This document shows positions 42,718 through 53,632 of a DNA stretch of 64,000 nt, in pieces (position 1 is the first letter of the stretch; the number at the start of each line of letters is the position of its first letter). A model generated the notes under the pieces. The model did not search any database. It saw only the letters and a program-made list of their open reading frames with translations, and was not told the DNA's origin. Position numbers and translations under genes: made by a program. The stretch is taken from the NCBI RefSeq assembly GCF_006345805.1, contig NC_042997.1:117862001-117926000 (forward strand), read 5' to 3'. The stretch comes from Octopus sinensis (Eukaryota).

Positions 42718-43025
42718 GTAATGACTTTTTGCCAACATAATGTGGTAGTCCCAGGATGGGACAAATATTACTGTTATTTAGAGCCAGGAAACATTGTTTC
42801 CAGCTGGCTACACGACACAAAAAATTCCGTGTCCTTATGTTTCCGAACAGGGAAGATCAGCACCTCCACCCAGCACAACCTTGCATCCATATACCGGTTT
42901 CTGGGTTATTGCCCTTTATGCTTTGTGTTGTATAGCCAGCTGGTAATGCTGTTTCCTGGGGCTAAATAACAGTAACATTCGTCCTGTCCTAGTACTGCAT
43001 CATTATGTTGGCAAAATATCATTAC
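42718..43025. repeat. Imperfect palindrome (104-bp arms) related to the hammerhead unit
   Basis: Arms 42718-42821 and 42922-43025 are reverse complements at roughly 80% identity by eye. They contain TAGCCCCAGGAA-N9-CCAGCTGGCTATA, also present in the 352-bp unit with an N10 spacer. Confidence 0.75.
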
Positions 43026-43280
43026 TTTATGGTGCTGCTACTGTATATCCTTCTGAGAGATTTAGAAATAATATATATATATATATATATATGCACACAT
43101 ACACACATATATATATATATATCGTGACACATATTTGCCATTTGAATATGGCTAACCCCTAAGGGTGGATGCTACTGTAGTTTGTAGCCCCAGGAAGATA
43201 TCTCCTCCAGCTGGCTATAGACACACTATCTGTGTCCTCTCAGTATTTGTGAAGGGAAGTCATCCTCCCCGTCTTCAACT

Positions 43281-43341
43281 CATGATACACACGAACTCGA
43301 GTTTCAAGGTGTTTACCTATCATCAGCGTGTGACAATCATG
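43281..43341 (-). ncRNA. Type I hammerhead ribozyme motif, second complete copy (GUU triplet)
   Basis: Reverse complement reads catgattgtCACACG CTGATGA taggtaaacacctt GAAA ctcga GTT CGTGTG tatcatg. Same as the plus copy except C17 to U. Lies in the host gene's sense orientation. Confidence 0.72.
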
Positions 43342-43631
43342 GTTGTCGATGAGAAGTCAGCTCCCTTCACAAATACATATACTTTTTCCAGTGTCGATTG
43401 ACACTGATATTGAAAAAGTGAAATCAAACAATGATAAATCTCAGAGCGAGTTATAAACAGTAGCAGTAACACATCGTGACGCATATTTGCCATTTGAATA
43501 TGGCTAACCCCTAAGGGTGGATGCTACTGTAGTTTGTAGCCCCAGGAAGATATCTCCTCCAGCTGGCTATAGACACACTATCTGTGTCCTCTCAGTATTT
43601 GTGAAGGGAAGTCATCCTCCCCATCTTCAAC

Positions 43632-43655
43632 TCATGATACACACGGACTCGAGTT
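43632..43655 (-). ncRNA. Partial hammerhead (substrate half only: AACTCGAGTC|CGTGTG)
   Basis: The GUC site at 43648-43646 is exactly 352 nt from the GUU site at 43296-43294. The catalytic core is removed by the inversion breakpoint. Confidence 0.65.
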
Positions 43656-43826
43656 AGGGGTTAGCCATATTCAAATGGCAAATATGCGTCACAATGTGTT
43701 ATCGCTACTGTTTATAACTCGCTCTGAGATTTATCATTGTTTGATTTCACTTTTTCAATATCAGTGTCAGTCGACACTGGAAAAAGTATATGTATTTGTG
43801 AAGGGAGCTGACTTCTCATCGACAAC

Positions 43827-43887
43827 CATGATTGTCACACGCTGATGATAGGTAAACACCTTGAAACTCGAGTCCGTGTGTATCATG
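43827..43887 (+). ncRNA. Type I hammerhead ribozyme motif (GUC cleavage triplet)
   Basis: Stem I CACACG (43836-41) / CGTGTG (43875-80), extended by CATGAT/ATCATG. Core CTGATGA 43842-48. Stem II AGGT-aaac-ACCT flanked by a non-canonical U.U. GAAA 43863-66. Minimal stem III in the palindrome ACTCGAGT. GTC 43872-74, with predicted cleavage after 43874. Confidence 0.8.
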
Positions 43888-44087
43888 AGTTGAAGACGGG
43901 GAGGATGACTTCCCTTCACAAATACTGAGAGGACACAGATAGTGTGTCTATAGCCAGCTGGAGGAGATATCTTCCTGGGGCTACAAACTACAGTAGCATC
44001 CACCCTTAGGGGTTAGCCATATTCAAATGGCAAATATGCGTCACGATGTGTTACCGCTACTGTTTATAACTCACTCTGAGATTTATC

Positions 44088-44133
<46 letters not shown>

Positions 44134-44200
44134 ACATATATGTATTTATATATATATACATATATGTATTTATATGTATTTATATATATATACATATATG

Positions 44201-44371
<171 letters not shown>

Positions 44372-44640
44372 CACACACACATATATATAGGTTCCCCACC
44401 TGGACAGGATGCCGGTCCGTCGCAGGTGAGCTGCAAGATGCAGGAGGAAAGAGTGAGAGAAAGTTGTGGCGAAAGAGTCAGCAGAAGTTCGCCATTACTT
44501 TCTGCTGGAGCCGTGTGGAGCTTAGGTGTTTCGCTCATAAACACACTCATCGCCCTGTCTGAGATTTGAACCCGTGATCCCTCGACCGCGAATTCACTGC
44601 TCTAACCACTAGGCCGATGATATATATATATATATATAGT

Positions 44641-44985
44641 AAAGGCACATGGCTCAGTGGTTAGAGCGTCAAGTCTACGATTGTGAGGTCAATTCCTGGA
44701 CTGGGCTGTGTGTTGTGTTCTTGAGCAAGACACGTTATTTCATGTTGCTCCAGTTCACTCAGCTGTAGAAATGAGTTGTGACATCACTGATGTCAAGCTG
44801 TATCGGCCCCTTTGCCTCTCCCATGGATAACATCGGTGGCGTGGAGAGGGGAGGCTGGTATGCACGGGCAACTGCTGGCCTTCCATAAAAACCACCCTAG
44901 GCTGTACGTTCACCAGTGAGGCAACTTTCTTCCCTGACTTGTACCCCAGAAGGGAACCTCTTAGGTGCACCCATGGTCATCATAT
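44641..44985 (+). mobile_element. tRNA-derived SINE with a CORE-like central domain
   Basis: Head ggcacatggctcagtggttagagcg, then ttgagcaagacac...ccagttcactcagctgtagaaatgag, which resembles the CORE-SINE domain. Relatives at about 32950-33250 and 51400-51600. Confidence 0.55.
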
Positions 44986-45349
44986 ATCATTATCATCATT
45001 TAATGTCTACTTTCCATGCTAGCATGGGTTGGACGATTTGACTGAGGTCTGGTGAACCAGACTCCAATCTGATCTGGCAGAGTTTCTACAGCTGGATGCC
45101 CTTCCTAATGCCAACCACTCCAAGAGTGTAGTGGGTGCTTTTACGTGCCACTGGCACAAAGGCTAGTTTGGTGGTACTGGCAAAGGCCATGCCCAAATGG
45201 TGCTTTTTACGTGCCACCTGCACGGTAGTCAGTCCAGCGGCACTGGCAACAACTTCGCTCGAATGTTTCACGTGCCACCAGCACAAGTGCTAGTAAGGCG
45301 ATGCATTAGTAAAATACAGAAAAATCAGGACATGCCATAAAGGACTTAC

Positions 45350-45556
45350 TTTCTACAATGTTATAACATTCCAAGATATTTGAGAATCCGTCCTCTGCTT
45401 TTTGATTTAATCCTCCAACACTGAAAATATGCATGTCATCAGTAACATACATAGCAAAGACTCGCTTTGAGGGGATATTTGGTAAAGTTTCCCATTCATT
45501 CGAAGAGAAGTCAAACTTTTCAAAGACATCGACTGGAAGTTTACCTTGCCGTCCAC
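45350..45556 (-). CDS. KLHDC8: KLHDC8-like coding exon 3 (207 nt)
   Basis: ttaacag|GT GGA CGG ... GAA A|GTAAG. Encodes (G)GRQGKLPVDVFEKFDFSSNEWETLPNIPSKRVFAM...SVGGL...LECYNIVE. GGRQGKLPV matches the vertebrate KLHDC8A/B motif as I recall it. Confidence 0.93.
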
Positions 45557-45825
45557 CTGTTAAGAAAAGAAAATAAAACAACCATTTTATTCATATTATA
45601 CAAAAGATATCAAAGGCAAGGTGGGAGAATCATTAGCAAGTTGGACAAAAATGATTAGTGGAATTCTCCTGATTCATTAGATTCTGAGTTCAAATTCTGC
45701 CGAGGTCGACTTTGCCTTTCATCCTTTTGGGATTGATAAATTAAGTACCAGTTGCATACTGAGGTCGATATAATCAACAAGTCCCCACCTCACAAATCTG
45801 AGGCCTTGTGCCTCCAGTAGAAAGG

Positions 45826-45869
<44 letters not shown>

Positions 45870-47977
45870 GGCAGCGAGCTGGCAGAAACATTAGCATGCC
45901 AAGCGAAAAGCTTAGCAGTATTTCATCTGTCTTTATGTCATGAGTTCAAATTCACCTGAGGTTGACTTTGTCTTTCATCCTTTCGGAGTCGATTAAATAA
46001 GTACCATTTGCATACTGAGGTCGATCTAATTGACTGCCCCCACCACCACCACTTCCCCTCAAATTTCGGGCCTTGTGCCTAGAGTAGAAATGATTATTAT
46101 TATAAAGGTAGCGAGCTGGCAGAATTGTTAGGGCAATGGATGAAATGGTTAGGAGTATTTCACCTATTGCCATGTTCTGAGTTCGAATTCAACCTTTCAT
46201 CTCTATGAGGTCAATAAAATAAGTACCAGTTGAAAAAACTGGGGTTGATGTAATCGACTCATCCCCTTCCACAAAACTGCTGCTCTTGTGGCAAAATTTT
46301 AAACCATTATTATTATTATTATTATTATATTATTGAGTGAGAAAGAAATGCATGTGATCAAAGTGACATTGGGGTACAAATATATGAAGCCCAATATACC
46401 CATCATGACCACCCATCAGATAAGGGTACACCAGGCCCATTGCATCACGACCATGTGTGCTACATGGTGACCTTATATCAAGATAAACAGCACATGACCA
46501 TGCAGGTGGGGGTTCAGTTACAATTTTCTTCCGGCTGAGTAGCCCAACCTGCTCAAAAGATCCCTGAATGAGTGTTGTTTAAATAGAGCACTGGAAAAAA
46601 TGCCTTGCGGTATCTGTTCCGGCATTTTCACACTCTCAGTTGAAATCTCACGGAAGTCGGCTTTGCTAGTCATCCTTTCAGGATAAATAATGTATTGGTT
46701 AACTACAGGGGTCAATGTAATCCACTAGCCCCTCACCCAAAATTTCAGGCCTTGTGGCTATAATAGAAAGGATTATTATTATTAGTATATAGCCTACTTT
46801 ATTGCAATATGAGAGAAATATATTTTCATTATTGTTGTATTTCGGGATACTCTTGTACTTGTTTCAATCATTTGACTGCAGCCATGCTGGAGCACCGCCT
46901 TTAGTCGAAGAAATTGACCCCAGGACTTATTCTTTGTAAGCCTAGTACTTATTCTATTGATCTCTTTTGACGAACTGCTAAGTCACGGGGACATAAACAC
47001 ACCAGCATCGGTTGTCAAGCGATGTTGGGGGGACAAACACAGACACACAAATACACATATATATATATATACATATACAAATATACGACGGGCTTCTTTC
47101 AGTTTCTGTCCACCAAATCCACTCACAAGGTTTTGGTCGGCCTGAGGTTATAATAGAAGACACTTGACCAAGGTGCCATGCAGTGGGACTGACCCGGAAC
47201 CATGTGGTTGGTAAGCAAGCTACTTACCACACAGCCACTCCTGCAGGATGGTCATTTTTTGTATTTTTTTTGACCGAATAAACACATGCACTAAATATCC
47301 ATTCTTCACTGGTTTATTACAGTTCTTATTTTAACTTGTGTCCGTTGTCTGGAAGTCTTTCGGTCACACATCTGTGACCTCTTCAGTGATATTTTCTGTC
47401 ATTGCGTGTGCTCCTGCTCTGCTTAGTCCATTCCGAAAAATTTCCAGACAACAGATATGAGTGAGAATAAGAACAGTAATATAAAAAAAAAAAAGACCAT
47501 CCCGAAATACAATATCTGTTTCAACACATGGTTTCACATCAGGAATCTTGCAACACAAATCCATAAACGTATATTTTATCTTTAATTATTAGGAAAGGAC
47601 CCAGGAACATTGAAATTTTAGATTTGTATCTTCGAAGTGTAATGGATTAATGTTATAAAGAAGTTAAAGATGGCTGAGACAGAAAATTAGTCTAATTACT
47701 TTATTTAATATAGTTTAGCACTACAATACTTTGAGTTGAACTTTCAGAGGGATTAATTCTGTCTGTACTCCCTCTGCAATCTACAAAAAAAAAATACATG
47801 TAATACACATCTGTTATTCCAATCAACTACATCTAAAACTTGTAAATGTTGGAAGCATGTCTAGTCCAAAAAACAAAAATAAATAAAAGACCTGTCTGTT
47901 GAAATAAACCAACTATTGTTTTAAGACTAGTCTTTTATCACTGGTTTATATACAACTAAGATGCTGTAATTGTTTAA

Positions 47978-48198
47978 GCCTTTCGTTGCTGTATTTATTT
48001 TAAGATGCTCTGTGTTTCTTTCAATTAATTTTAAGTATAACAAAGAATTTAGTAAAATAAATTAGTTATCATTCAGCTAGTGTTAGGAACATAAATTGTG
48101 ACTAAGGTTTGGAGGAATATATTAATACAAAACTTATGTAAAGAAGACATTTGTACTGAGAGCCAGAGCTGCTTTCAGCCGGGTTGGTATCAAAAGAG
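47978..48198 (-). mobile_element. piggyBac-derived MITE family 1
   Basis: Reverse-oriented copy with degenerate TIRs. TTAA on the left. Confidence 0.7.
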
Positions 48199-48711
48199 TT
48201 GAGAATTGTTTCTCTATTACTCTTTTTACTCTTTTACTTGTTTCAGTCATCTGACTGCGGCCATGCTGGAGCACCACCTTTAGTCGAGAAAATTGACCCC
48301 AGGACTTATTCTTTGCAAGCCTTGTACTTCTTCAATTGGTCTTTTTTGCCGAACCGCTAAGTTACGGGGACGCAAACACACCAGCATCGGTTGTCAAGCA
48401 ATGTTGGGGGGACAAACACAGACACACAAACATATATATAAATATATATATATATACACATATATACAATGGGCTTCTTTCAGTTTCCATCTACCAAATC
48501 CACTTAGAAGGCTTTGGTCGGCCTGAGTATAGTAGAAGACACTTGCTCAAGGTGCCACATAGTGGGACTGAACCCGGAACCATGTGGTTGGTAAGCAAGC
48601 TACTTACCATACAGTCACTCCTGCGCTTATTTTAAATAAATATTATTGAAGTTTTTTTTTAAAATTTACGCATTTTGTTTGAATATTTAAATCACTTTCA
48701 TTGGACTTTAA

Positions 48712-48925
48712 CTCTTTAGCATTCAGGTTACTTTGTGAAATACAATGTTAAGTTATCCACATTGTTTTGAATTAATCCTGCATTATCTTGTAACTTTGAG
48801 AATTCAGTGATGTGATTATACATATATATTTTTGGATTAACATTGTAGGGTAGGTGTGAGAGGCCAGTTCTAGCCAGATTGAATATAAAACAGGGCTGGA
48901 TATGGTCGGTTTAAATGCTAAAGGG
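48712..48925 (+). mobile_element. TTAA-flanked MITE family 2
   Basis: TTAA|CTCTTTAGC...GCTAAAGGG|TTAA. Internal sequence matches 2309-2527. Confidence 0.75.
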
Positions 48926-49939
48926 TTAAGATATTTATTGTTATCTCAGACTTAAAGGCAGCGAGCTGGCAGAATCGTTAGCACACCAGGTGAAATGTGT
49001 AGCCGTATTTCGTCTGTTGCTACGTTCTAAGTTCAAATTCTGCCGAGGTCAACTTTGCCTTTCATCGTTTTGGGGTCAATAAATTAAGTACCAGTTACAC
49101 ACTGGGGTCGATCTAATCGACTTAATACCTATGTCTGTCCTTGTTTGTCCCCTCTATGTTTATCCCCTTGTGGGTAATAAAGAAATAGGTATTTCGTTTG
49201 ACACTACATTCTGAGTTCAAAATCTGCCAAGTTCAACTTTGCCTTTCATCCTTTTGGGGTCAATAAATTAAGTATCAGTCAAGTACTGAGGTCGATGTGA
49301 TTGACTTACCTCAACCACCAAAATTTCGGGCCTTATACTTACAGTAGAAAGAATTATTATCCCTGACCCCATTCTTTTTTTTTTTTAATTCATCATCATC
49401 ATCCTCATTTAATGTCCACTTTCCATGCTAGCATGGGTTGGACGATTTGACTGAGGTCTGGCAAACCAGATGGCTGCACCAGGCTCCAATCTGATCTGGC
49501 AGAGTTTCTACAGCTGGATGCCCTCCCTAATGAGTCCGAGAGTGTAGTGGGTGCTTTTATGTGCCACCAGCACGAGAGCCAGTCAGTGCTTTTTATGTGC
49601 CACCTGCACAGGGGCCAGCCCAGCGGCACTGGCAATGACCTTGCTTGAATGTTTTTTTTACGTGCCACCAGCACAGGTGCCAGTAAGGCAACGCAGGTAA
49701 CGATCACGCTTGAATGGTGCTTTTTACATGCCACCTGCATATACTACAGAATCTAGGAGACCATCCTAACAAGCCTTTGGCATGGGAAGGACCTTTTGAT
49801 TTTTTTTTTTGTTTTTTTGTTTATTAATTGTAATCATCTTTGCCTCTGGTCATTGGTCTGCTAAATTAAGACCAACCTGGGGCTAAACAAACAATAATAC
49901 ATACACACAAACTCTCTCACTCTCTCTCTCTCTCTCTCA

Positions 49940-49971
<32 letters not shown>

Positions 49972-50062
49972 AACACCACCACCACACTCTCTTAAAAGGT
50001 TTGATAAAGTAAAAACACAAATCTTATAACATGGTTGGCTGCTTACCAATTCCAAAACTTAC

Positions 50063-50227
50063 CGATTACATAGAGCTGGTTATCTATAAGAAATGAGAAA
50101 GTTGCATAGCGTTCGGTGGGCATCGGTGGTAAGCTTTTCCAGACATTTTTCTCCACATCGTAAGACATGAAATAGTTACGAGGGTTCCCATCTGCTGCCA
50201 TACCGCCAACGACAATTACATTACCAT
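50063..50227 (-). CDS. KLHDC8: KLHDC8-like coding exon 2 (165 nt)
   Basis: catacag|AT GGT AAT ... ATC G|GTAAG. In frame with exon 1: (D)GNVIVVGGMAADGNPRNYFMSYDVEKNVWKSLPPMPTERYATFSFLIDNQLYVI. Confidence 0.93.
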
Positions 50228-51774
50228 CTGTATGTAGAAAAACAAAAATGAACAGTGCCAGTTTCATAACATCAATCTTTAAGATTTGGTTTCCATGGAA
50301 ACATAGTATTCTACACATACACACACACGCACAGATATAATAGCTAAATTATTTTTTCTAAACGTATTTAAAATTTGTCATCATCATCATTTAATGTCTG
50401 CCTTCCATGCTGGCATGGGTTGGTCTGTCAATGCTTATCAAATCCTCATCACTATGTAAATTACAAAACATTTACAAAATGGTAAACTTAATTCAGTGGA
50501 CATATAAGTATAACAGGTTTTATGAGAATTTAAAAAAAATTGGAATTGTAATAGTTTACTGCCTGATCATATTCTCTCCTTAATTTTTATTTTAATGCTT
50601 ATCAATTATTTCCATGGTGAGCTAGAAGAATTGTTGACATCGAGCAAAATGCTTAGTGGCATTTCATTCTTTTTTACGTTCTGAGTTGAAACTCCAAGTT
50701 TGACTCAACCTTTCAACCTTTCAGGGTTAATAAATTAAATACCTATTTCTTTACTACCCAAAAGGGGCTAAACACAGAGGGGACAAACAAGGACAGACAT
50801 AGGTATTAAGTCGATTAGATCAACCCCAGTGCGTAACTGGTACCGAAACAATGAAAGGCAAAGTCGACCTTGGCGGAATTTGAACTCAGAACGTAGTGGC
50901 AGACAAAATACGGCTACACATTTTGCCCGGTGTGCTAACGTTTCTGCCAGCTCGCCGCCTTTACAATAAATTAAATACCAGTTGAGCACTGGGGTTGACA
51001 TAATTGACTAGATCCCACCCCCGAAATTGCAGGCCTTGTACCAAAATTTGAAACCAGTTATTTCCATGAAACAAAGTACCATATTTAATAGCATATTAGA
51101 TGCATTTTTTCTCCAAATACATATTTCAAAAACTCACCCTAGGTCCTGTGGAGGACTCGCAGTTGTAGGATTGCGGTTTCGATTCCCAGACCGGGCATCG
51201 AAAATGTTTATTGAGCAAAAACACCTAAAGCTCCACAAGGCTCTGGCAGGGTGAACCCTACTGTACTCTTTCACCACAATTTTCTTCCTCTTTCTGTTGT
51301 ACCTGTATTTCAAAGGGCCAGCTCTGTGACACTCTGTGTCACGCTGAATCTCCCTGAGGGTACATGTGTCTGTGGAGTGCTCAGCCACTTGCACATTAAT
51401 AAATGAGCTGCGACCTCACTGGTGCCAAGCTGTATCGGCCTTTGCCTTTCCCTTGGATAACATTGGTGGCGTGGAGAGGGGAGGCTGGTATGCGTGGGCA
51501 ACTGCCGGTCTTCCATAAACAACCTTGCCCAGACTTGTACCTTGGAGGGTAACTTTCTAGGTGCAATCCCATAGTCATTCATGACCGAAGGGGGTCTCTA
51601 CCCTGGGTCCTATATGCTAATTTTGTCCCTCACTCTTTTTTCCTGAATATATGCAGTTGAAATTGGGATGAGTCTAACATGTTTATACATTTTTTAAAAA
51701 TAAAAATAAATTATGGTATATTTACACGCACGTAATAATTTTAGCGAAAGGTTAGAGAGAAACAAAAATCTTAC

Positions 51775-52144
51775 CGTGAACAGTTGCTGGAACTCCAAGC
51801 AAGCTTTCCCTCATGCTCTCTCCAACTGTCCATTCATTTGTATCAGTATCAAAGATCTCAACTGAATCAAGAGGCTTTTGAGTTTCAGAAACACCACCAA
51901 GCACAATGATTTTCTTTCCAACAGCGACCGCGGCAGCACCTGCTCTTTTAGTTGGAATGCCAGGGAGGGCTGTCCATGTATTGGCTTTCAAATCATACAT
52001 CTCAAAGTTAGCTAGTGGCTTGCCACGCATATCACAACCTCCAATAACGTATAACTTGTCATTAAGAATAACAGGAGTTGCAAATACACGTTTTGATGGC
52101 ATCGGGAGATGGATTTCCCATTGTCTTGGTTCTGTAGCTGCCAT
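51775..52144 (-). CDS. KLHDC8: Kelch domain-containing protein 8 (KLHDC8A/B-like), coding exon 1
   Basis: ATG at 52144. Encodes MAATEPRQWEIHLPMPSKRVF...KLYVIGG...KRAGAAAVAVGKKIIVLGG...PATVH, with kelch GG/Y/W motifs. Ends CAC G|GTAAG (donor at 51774, phase 1). An acceptor (ttgcttgcag|) at 52170 implies a 25-nt 5'UTR part and an upstream non-coding exon. Confidence 0.93.
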
Positions 52145-52265
52145 GATTTATAAACAACAAACTAAATACCTGCAAGCAACAACAAGAAATATAACAGAAC
52201 TCATAAAAATAGTCACCACAGGAGTTACACAACAGCCACCATTCATTATGATTTAAATTGCTAAA

Positions 52266-52482
52266 CCCTTTCGTGACCAACCTGGCTGAAACCGGCTCTG
52301 GCTCTTTAGTATAAATGTCTTGTTTTCATAAGTTTTGAATTCAAATCTTCCACCAAATCTTAGTCACAATTTATGTTCCTAACATTAGGTCAATGATAAC
52401 AATGTTATTTTACTAAATTCTTTGTTATATTTAAATTGGAAGAAATATAGAGCATCTCAAAATAAACACAGTAATGAAAGGG
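52266..52482 (+). mobile_element. piggyBac-derived MITE family 1
   Basis: CCCTTTCGTGACCAACC...GTAATGAAAGGG|TTAA. Confidence 0.8.
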
Positions 52483-52624
52483 TTAAAGACATTTTAAAAA
52501 TCCACATAAATCTTTAAGTACATAAACACAAACATCAAGTCATTAAAAATGTCTGGCCTATTCATGGGATATTTGTGTGTTGTTGTTGTTAAGCAACAAG
52601 ACGGGTAAGGGTGATGGTCTAGGG

Positions 52625-52830
52625 CTTAGGGGCGGGAGACCCCAGATATTGGAAAAAAAAAACAAAAACACTTTGGTCGTCTTGTTGTAGTCGAGGGCTC
52701 TTTGTTGACGTCCGACACCACTGGGAGGTGGCCCTCGAAGTCGCTGGAAATGGTGATCCCTAGGTCCAAATTCTTGGACAGCAGGATATTTGTGTGTGCA
52801 TGTTCATTCCTTGAATGCAATGCTGAAGCC
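52625..52830 (-). mobile_element. Old CR1/L2 RT fragment
   Basis: DLGITISSD and DNA gacctagggatcaccatttccagcgactt resemble DLGITVSSD at about 12300. Confidence 0.45.
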
Positions 52831-53336
52831 ATGACTAAGCTAGCATGGGACTCACCTTTTGATTGCTAGATGTTGCAACTGAAATCTATTTTGCTTCTTT
52901 AACCCTTTGATTTGTAACCTGCCTGAGACCAACCCTAGTCCTATGATATAAAATACCTATTTTAAAGTGATCTAAATTAAAACCTTCCTTTAAAACTTCA
53001 AACCAATTTTAGCACACTGCACTTTCTCTAGAAATGATTTTCATACCACTGCCCTGTTACAGAGGAGATAACTCATACGGTGACATAATGCATCTACAGG
53101 GTGCTGAAGGTTAATTTATGTTCCAAACACTAGCTTAACATTTCAGCATTTAATATTCTACCTGTTTTATGTTCAAACTGGCCAGACATGGCCTCTCACA
53201 CCCATCCTACAATGTAATTCTCAAAAGAAACAATCACATCATTGAAATCCCCAAACTATGAGATAATGCATGATTAATTCAAAACAATGTGAATACATAA
53301 GGATTACAAGTTAAGATCACTGCCATGAATTCATTG

Positions 53337-53632
53337 ATGGAGGCACATGGCCTAGTGGTTAGAGCAGCGAACTCGCAGTCGAGGGGTCGTGGGTTTGAAT
53401 CTCAGACCGGGCGATGTGTATGTTTATGAGCGAAACACCTAAGCTCCACGCAGCTCTGGCAGAAGATAATGGCGAACTTCTGCTGACGTTTTTGCCACAA
53501 CTTTCTCTCACTCTTTCCTCCTGCATCTTGCAGTTCACCTGCGACGAACCAGCGTCCCATCCAGGTGGGGAACTTATACGCCAAGGAAACCGGCCCTTAT
53601 GAGCCAGGCATGGCTCGAGAAGGAACAACATC
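53337..53632 (+). mobile_element. tRNA-derived SINE family D with a 9-bp TSD
   Basis: A-box and B-box-like head (tggcctagtggttagag...gggtttgaatctc), tail ggctcgagaaggaacaaca. TSD AATTCATTG at 53328-36 and 53633-41. Related copies at 44395-44595 (minus), and heads at 40290 and 51130. Confidence 0.8.

Larger units (their letters stand above)
43121..44090. mobile_element. Hammerhead-bearing 352-bp tandem/inverted repeat (non-LTR retrozyme or Penelope pseudo-LTR derivative) in KLHDC8 intron 3
   Basis: The unit repeats with period 352 (catttgaatatggctaacccc at 43139 and 43491), then inverts at 43654-43655. Arms 43121-43514 and 43654-44047 are near-identical reverse complements with a 139-bp spacer. 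Flanked by (TA)n on both sides. No credible ORF. Confidence 0.85.

Noticed and set aside
43165-44003. Twin 78-aa ORFs ([11 protein letters not shown]...) on opposite strands
   Set aside because: They start at GTG and are a by-product of the inverted repeat. One runs antisense to each hammerhead and has no recognisable domain.
52856-52878. Possible 23-nt 5'UTR micro-exon (tttcag|...AAG|GTGAGT)
   Set aside because: The donor is perfect but the acceptor has no polypyrimidine tract, and the site abuts decayed repeats. It cannot be supported without transcripts.
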